DNA of 64,000 nucleotides from Heterodontus francisci. Taxonomy: Eukaryota. The notes below the pieces were generated by a model that was given only the letters and a program-made list of their open reading frames with translations, made no database searches and had not been told where the DNA came from. Each line of letters starts with the position of its first letter. Within the stretch, counting starts at the first letter, position 1. Below are positions 60,701-64,000 of the stretch, in pieces. The DNA is taken from positions 62,738,862-62,802,861 of the forward strand of contig NC_090399.1 of NCBI RefSeq assembly GCF_036365525.1, written 5' to 3'. Position numbers and translations under genes: made by a program.

Positions 60701-63700
60701 TGCACTGTCGGTGGGTCAGTACTGAGGGAGAGCTGCACTGTCGGTGGGTCAGTACTGAGGGAGAGCTGCACTGTCGGTGGGTCAGTACTGAGGGAGAGCT
60801 GCATTGTCGGTGGGTCAGTATTGAGGTAAAGCTGCATTGTCAGAGGGTAAGTACTGAGGGAGGGCTGCACTGTCAGAGGGTAAGTACTGAGGGAGGGCTG
60901 CACTGTCAGAGGGTAAGTACTGAGGGACAGCTGCATTGTCGGTGGGTCGGTACTGAGGGAGAGCTGCACTGTCGGTGGGTCAGTACTGAAGGAGTGCTGC
61001 ATTGTCAGAGGGTCAGTACTGAGGGAGGGCTGCACTGTCAGAGGGTAAGTACTGAGGGACAGCTGCATTGTCGGTGGGTCGGTACTGAGGGAGAGCTGCA
61101 CTGTCGGTGGGTCAGTACTGAGGGAGAGCTGCACTGTCGGTGGGTCGGTACTGAGAGAGAGCTGCATTGTCAGAGGGTCAATACTGAGGGAGGGCTGCAC
61201 TGTCAGAGGGTCAGCACTGAGGGACAGCTGCATTGTCGGTGGGTCGGTACTGAGGGAGAGCTGCACTGTCGGTGGGTCAGTACTGAGGGAGAGCTGCACG
61301 GTCAGTGGGTCGGTACTGAGGGAGTGCTGCATTGTCAGAGGGTCAGTACTGAGGGAGTGCTGCACTGTCGGTGGGTCAGTACTGAGGGAGTGCTGCATTG
61401 TCGGTGGGTCAGTACTGAGGGAGTGCTGCACTGTCGGTGGGTCAGTACTGAGGGAGTGCTGCATTGTCGGTGGGTCAGTACTGAGGGAGGGCTGCACTGT
61501 CAGAGGGTAAGTACTGAGGGAGTGCTGCATTGTCGGTGGGTCGGTACTGAGGGAGAGCTGCACTGTCGGTGGGTCAGTACTGAGGGAGGGCTGCACTGTC
61601 AGAGGATAAGTACTGAGGGTGTGCTGCACTGTCGGTGGGTCAGTACTGAGGGAGAGCTGCATTGTCAGTGGGTCGGTACTGAGGGAGTGCTGCATTGTCG
61701 GTGGGTCAGTACTGAGGGAAAGCTGCACTGTCGGTGGGTCAGTACTGAGGGAGAGCTGCACTGTCGGTGGGTCAGTACTGAGGGAGAGCTGCACTGTCGG
61801 TGGGTCGGTACAGAGGGTGAGCTGCATTGTCAGAGGGTCAATACTGAGGGAGGGCTGCACTGTCAGAGAGTAAGTACTGAGGGACAGCTGCATTGTCGGT
61901 GGGTCGGTACCGAGGGAGAGCTGCACTGTCAGAGGGTCAGTACTGAGGGAGTGCTGCACTGTCGGTGGGTCAGTACTGAGCGAGGGCTGCACTGTCAGAG
62001 GGTCAGTACTGAGGGAGTGCTGCACTGTCAGAGGGTCAATACTGAGGGAGGGCTGCACTGTCAGAGGGTAAGTACTGAGGGACAGCTGCATTGTCGGTGG
62101 GTCGGTACTGAGGGAGAGCTGCACTGTCGGTGGGTCAGTACTGAGGGAGAGCTGCACTGTCGGTGGGTCGGTACTGAGGGAGGGCTGCATTGTCAGAGGG
62201 TCAGTACTGAGGGAGTGCTGCACTGTCAGAGGGTCAATACTGAGGGAGGGCTGCACTGTCAGAGGGTAAGTACTGAGGGACAGCTGCATTTGCGGTGGGT
62301 CAGTATTGAGAGAGTGCTGCACTGTCGGTGGGTCAGTACTGAGGGAGTGCTGCATTGTCGGTGGGTCAGTACTGAGGGAGGGCAGCACTGTCAGAGGGTA
62401 AGTACTGAGGGAGTGCTGCATTGTCGGTGGGTCGGTACTGAGGGAGAGCTGCACTGTCGGTGGGTCAGTACTGAGGGAGGGCTGCACTGTCAGAGGATAA
62501 GTACTGAGGGAGTGCTGCACTGTCGGTGGGTCAGTACTGAGGGAGAGCTGCATTGTCAGTGGGTCGGTACTGAGGGAGTGCTGCATTGTCGGTGGGTCAG
62601 TCCTGAGGGAAAGCTGCAGTGTCGTTGGGTCAGTACTGAGGGAGTGCTGCACTGTCGGTGGGTCAGTACTGAGGGAGAGCTGCACTGTCGGTGGGTCAGG
62701 ACTGAGGGAGAGCTGCACTGTCGATGGGTCAGTACTGAGGGAGAGCTGCATTGTCGGTGGGTCAGTATTGAGGGAAAGCTGCATTGTCAGAGGGTAAGTA
62801 CTGAGGGAGGGCTGCACTGTCAGAGGGTAAGTACTGAGGGAGGGCTGCACTGTCAGAGGGTAAGTACTGAGGGAGGGCAGCACTGTCAGAGGGTAAGTAC
62901 TGAGGGACAGCTGCACTGTCGGTGGGTCAGTACTGAGGGAGTGCTGCACTGTCGGTGGGTCAGTACTGAGGGAGGGCTGCACTGTCGGTGGGTCAGTACT
63001 GAGATGGGCTGCACTGTCAGAGGGTAAGTACTGAGGGAGTGCTGCATTGTCGCTGGGTCGGTACTGAGGGAGAACTGCACTGTCGGTGGGTCAGTACTGA
63101 GGGAGGGCTGCACTGTCAGAGGGTAAGTACTGAGGGAGTGCTGCATTGTCGGTGGGTCGGAACTGAGGGAGAGCTGCACTGTCGGTGGGTCAGTACTGAG
63201 GGAGGGCTGCACTGTCAGAGGATAAGTACTGAGGGAGTGCTGCACTGTCGGTGGGTCAGTACTGCGGGAGAGCTGCATTGTCAGTGGGTCGGTACTGAGG
63301 GAGTGCTGCATTGTCGGTGGGTCAGTCCTGAGGGAAAGCTGCAGTGTCGTTGGGTCAGTACTGAGGGAGTGCTGCACTGTCGGTGGGTCAGTACTGAGGG
63401 AGAGCTGCACTGTCGGTGGGTCAGTACTGAGGGAGAGCTGCACTGTCGGTGGGTCAGTACTGAGGGAGAGCTGCATTGTCGGTGGGTCAGTATTGAGGTA
63501 AAGCTGCATTGTCAGAGGGTAAGTACTGAGGGAGGGCTGCACTGTCAGAGGGTAAGTACTGAGGGAGGGCTGCACTGTCAGAGGGTAAGTACTGAGGGAG
63601 GGCTGCACTGTCAGAGGGTAAGTACTGAGGGACAGCTGCATTGTCGGTGGGTCGGTACTGAGGGAGAGCTGCACTGTCGGTGGGTCAGTACTGAAGGAGT

Positions 63701-64000
63701 GCTGCATTGTCAGAGGGTCAGTACTGAGGGAGGGCTGCACTGTCAGAGGGTAAGTACTGAGGGACAGCTGCATTGTCGGTGGGTCGGTACTGAGGGAGAG
63801 CTGCACTGTCGGTGGGTCAGTACTGAGGGAGAGCAGCACTGTCGGTGGGTCGGTACTGAGAGAGAGCTGCATTGTCAGAGGGTCAATACTGAGGGAGGGC
63901 TGCACTGTCAGAGGGTCAGTACTGAGGGACAGCTGCATTGTCGGTGGGTCGGTACTGAGGGAGAGCTGCACTGTCGGTGAGTCAGTACTGAGGGAGAGCT
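57715..64000. repeat. 33-bp satellite GTACTGAGGGAGTGCTGCACTGTCGGTGGGTCA, about 190 copies, runs off the window end
   Basis: Period 33 with rare 32-bp units; explains the 600-900 aa repetitive ORFs on both strands. Confidence 0.98.

Noticed and set aside
57680-63980. 600-920 aa ORFs on both strands (mucin-like STDPPT.. and Cys/His HCRWVSTEG.. repeats)
   Set aside because: Products of a 33-bp (multiple of 3) satellite lacking stops in some frames. There is no signal peptide or unique domain, the frames break at 32-bp units, and the unit appears SINE-derived.

Overview
Repeat-dense vertebrate genomic DNA, most likely a shark or other elasmobranch (inferred from the HE1/V-SINEs, abundant CR1 LINEs and the class I protein style). 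It holds one host gene, an apparently intact MHC class I heavy-chain gene on the minus strand. I assembled it by hand from 7 coding exons, all GT-AG and phase 1: 53412-53364, 47225-46965, 39952-39680, 39101-38826, 30890-30765, 29652-29617, 29320-29274 (1068 nt, 355 aa). An ISRE/X-like/Y/CCAAT promoter module lies at about 53.77-53.87 kb. The rest is decayed transposons and minisatellites. These include a Ty1/copia LTR element with several nested insertions, many CR1/L2/Tx1 fragments, SINEs, Penelope-type short elements carrying minimal hammerhead ribozyme cores, a retrovirus-like integrase remnant, a hAT remnant and about 9 tandem arrays. The most unusual signal is a single-ORF (endonuclease + RT) LINE family. 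It has a tRNA-like Pol III head, a sense strand almost free of TTTT terminators, and a cognate SINE that looks like its internal-deletion derivative. Most other ORFs in the track are TE fragments or repeat artefacts. TE boundaries are approximate, and no database searches were run.
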